Shown here: positions 31,438 to 32,000 of the stretch, in pieces | Layout: each line of letters begins with the position of its first letter | How positions within the stretch are numbered: the first letter of the stretch is position 1 | The notes under the pieces: generated by a model | Told to the model about the DNA's origin: nothing | Database searches by the model: none | What the model saw: the letters and a program-made list of their open reading frames with translations, nothing else | Origin: Microcystis aeruginosa NIES-2549 | GTDB taxonomy: Bacteria; Cyanobacteriota; Cyanobacteriia; Cyanobacteriales; Microcystaceae | DNA length: 32,000 nt | Direction: 5' to 3' | Assembly: GCF_000981785.2 (NCBI RefSeq) | Contig: NZ_CP011304.1 | Coordinates: 2,970,001 to 3,002,000, forward strand | Program-made: the position numbers and the translations under genes

Positions 31438-32000
31438 TTAACGATAATTAGGACTTTGGATATCTCTAAGACGCGCTTCGGGACGTTTAAATCTGTCCAT
31501 TTGTGCCTCAAAGAATTGACGATTTTTAAGTAAATGTTTGGGATTAGGATCGTCGAGGGGATAGAGTAAAGCAGTGCGTAGAGCTTGAATAACTGCTGAA
31601 GTGACATTATACATCGAGCGCTGGAAACTAATCCCCAATTGAATCAAAATATCATCTTCCCCCCGGCAGTTTTGCTGATAGTAATCAATCAGATATTGGG
31701 GTAAAAAATGATACATATCATCCATTAACAACGTCGGCGGAATTCCCGCAGTACCCACGGGGAAAACATCCGCATAAAGAATGCCATAGTGAAAGTCTTT
31801 TTGTTCGTCAGGAACCTGTTTTGCTTGGGCATTATAGGACTTTGTACCCCGGAAGGGAGCAGTACGATAAAAGACCGCTTCCACATAGGGTAAAGCCGCT
31901 TCATAAAGCCAAGTAAAAGCCTTTGATTTGGGGATAATTTCGTAGCATTGACCATCAATATAAACGTGATGATAAATCGGCCGGCCAGCGATGGCAAAAA
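31438..32000 (-). CDS. CO2 hydration protein (ChpX/ChpY, CupA/CupB family), C-terminal part; continues beyond window
   Basis: My own translation shows the frame open to position 32000: FAIAGRPIYHHVYIDGQCYEIIPKSKAFTWLYEAALPYVEAVFYRT.... The stretch PYVEAVF(Y/F)R..PF.G..SYNAQA...GIPPTLLM.DM.H.LP.YL...Y...RGEDD matches my recollection of ChpY/ChpX C-terminal regions. The track ORF start at 31884 is an internal GTG. Confidence 0.75.
   Translation of the reverse strand, partial: FAIAGRPIYHHVYIDGQCYEIIPKSKAFTWLYEAALPYVEAVFYRTAPFRGTKSYNAQAKQVPDEQKDFHYGILYADVFPVGTAGIPPTLLMDDMYHFLPQYLIDYYQQNCRGEDDILIQLGISFQRSMYNVTSAVIQALRTALLYPLDDPNPKHLLKNRQFFEAQMDRFKRPEARLRDIQSPNYR

Noticed and set aside
31287-31997. 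ORFs 31287-31607 (-) and 31725-31997 (-)
   Set aside because: Both are off-frame relative to the ChpX/ChpY-like reading frame. That frame carries strong family similarity and is open to the window edge. The first also runs through the terminator hairpin.
1-32000. Searched for tRNA/rRNA genes, CRISPR arrays, transposase/integrase genes and ATP-grasp ligase genes
   Set aside because: No T-loop-like GGTTCGA/GTTCAAAT motifs with matching acceptor stems were seen in the intergenic regions. No arrays were found. No ORF has transposase, integrase or ATP-grasp motifs.

Overview
AT-rich cyanobacterial DNA, most likely Microcystis-like. That inference rests on the rne-rnhB operon, a ChpX/ChpY CO2-hydration gene, a kinase-FGE fusion, and an MdnA-like leader peptide.

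Positions 1-21450 hold the 3' two-thirds of a cyanopeptolin/micropeptin-type NRPS assembly line:
- a partial McnA-like C-A(Thr)-T module;
- a 4721-aa four-module McnB-like protein, whose last module has an N-methyltransferase embedded in the A domain;
- a McnC-like C-A-T-TE termination module.

By-eye specificity codes predict ...-Thr-(Arg-like)-Ahp precursor-Ile-NMe-Phe/Tyr-Ile.

Downstream is a small accessory cassette at 21.5-24.7 kb: a glycine-zipper membrane protein, an unlisted 54-codon minus-strand ORF, a SAM methyltransferase, and an atypical SDR. Housekeeping genes follow: rnhB, rne, a polytopic membrane protein, a Ser/Thr kinase-FGE fusion, and a partial CO2 hydration protein.

The most interesting item is the small ORF at 22484-22648 (-), which is absent from the ORF track. 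It encodes a microviridin-type (omega-ester/graspetide) precursor with the PFFARFL leader motif and an unusual Trp-rich core, TWKWPSDWEDS. No ATP-grasp ligase lies anywhere in the window, and the ORF sits about 1 kb from the cyanopeptolin TE domain.

Other notable signals:
- an identical 60-bp palindrome-containing cassette, in frame, in three A domains, plus an inverted relative in a fourth position;
- a near-identical 1.1-kb A-domain duplication between modules 5 and 7;
- a ~50-bp inverted repeat pair bracketing a 9.6-kb segment.
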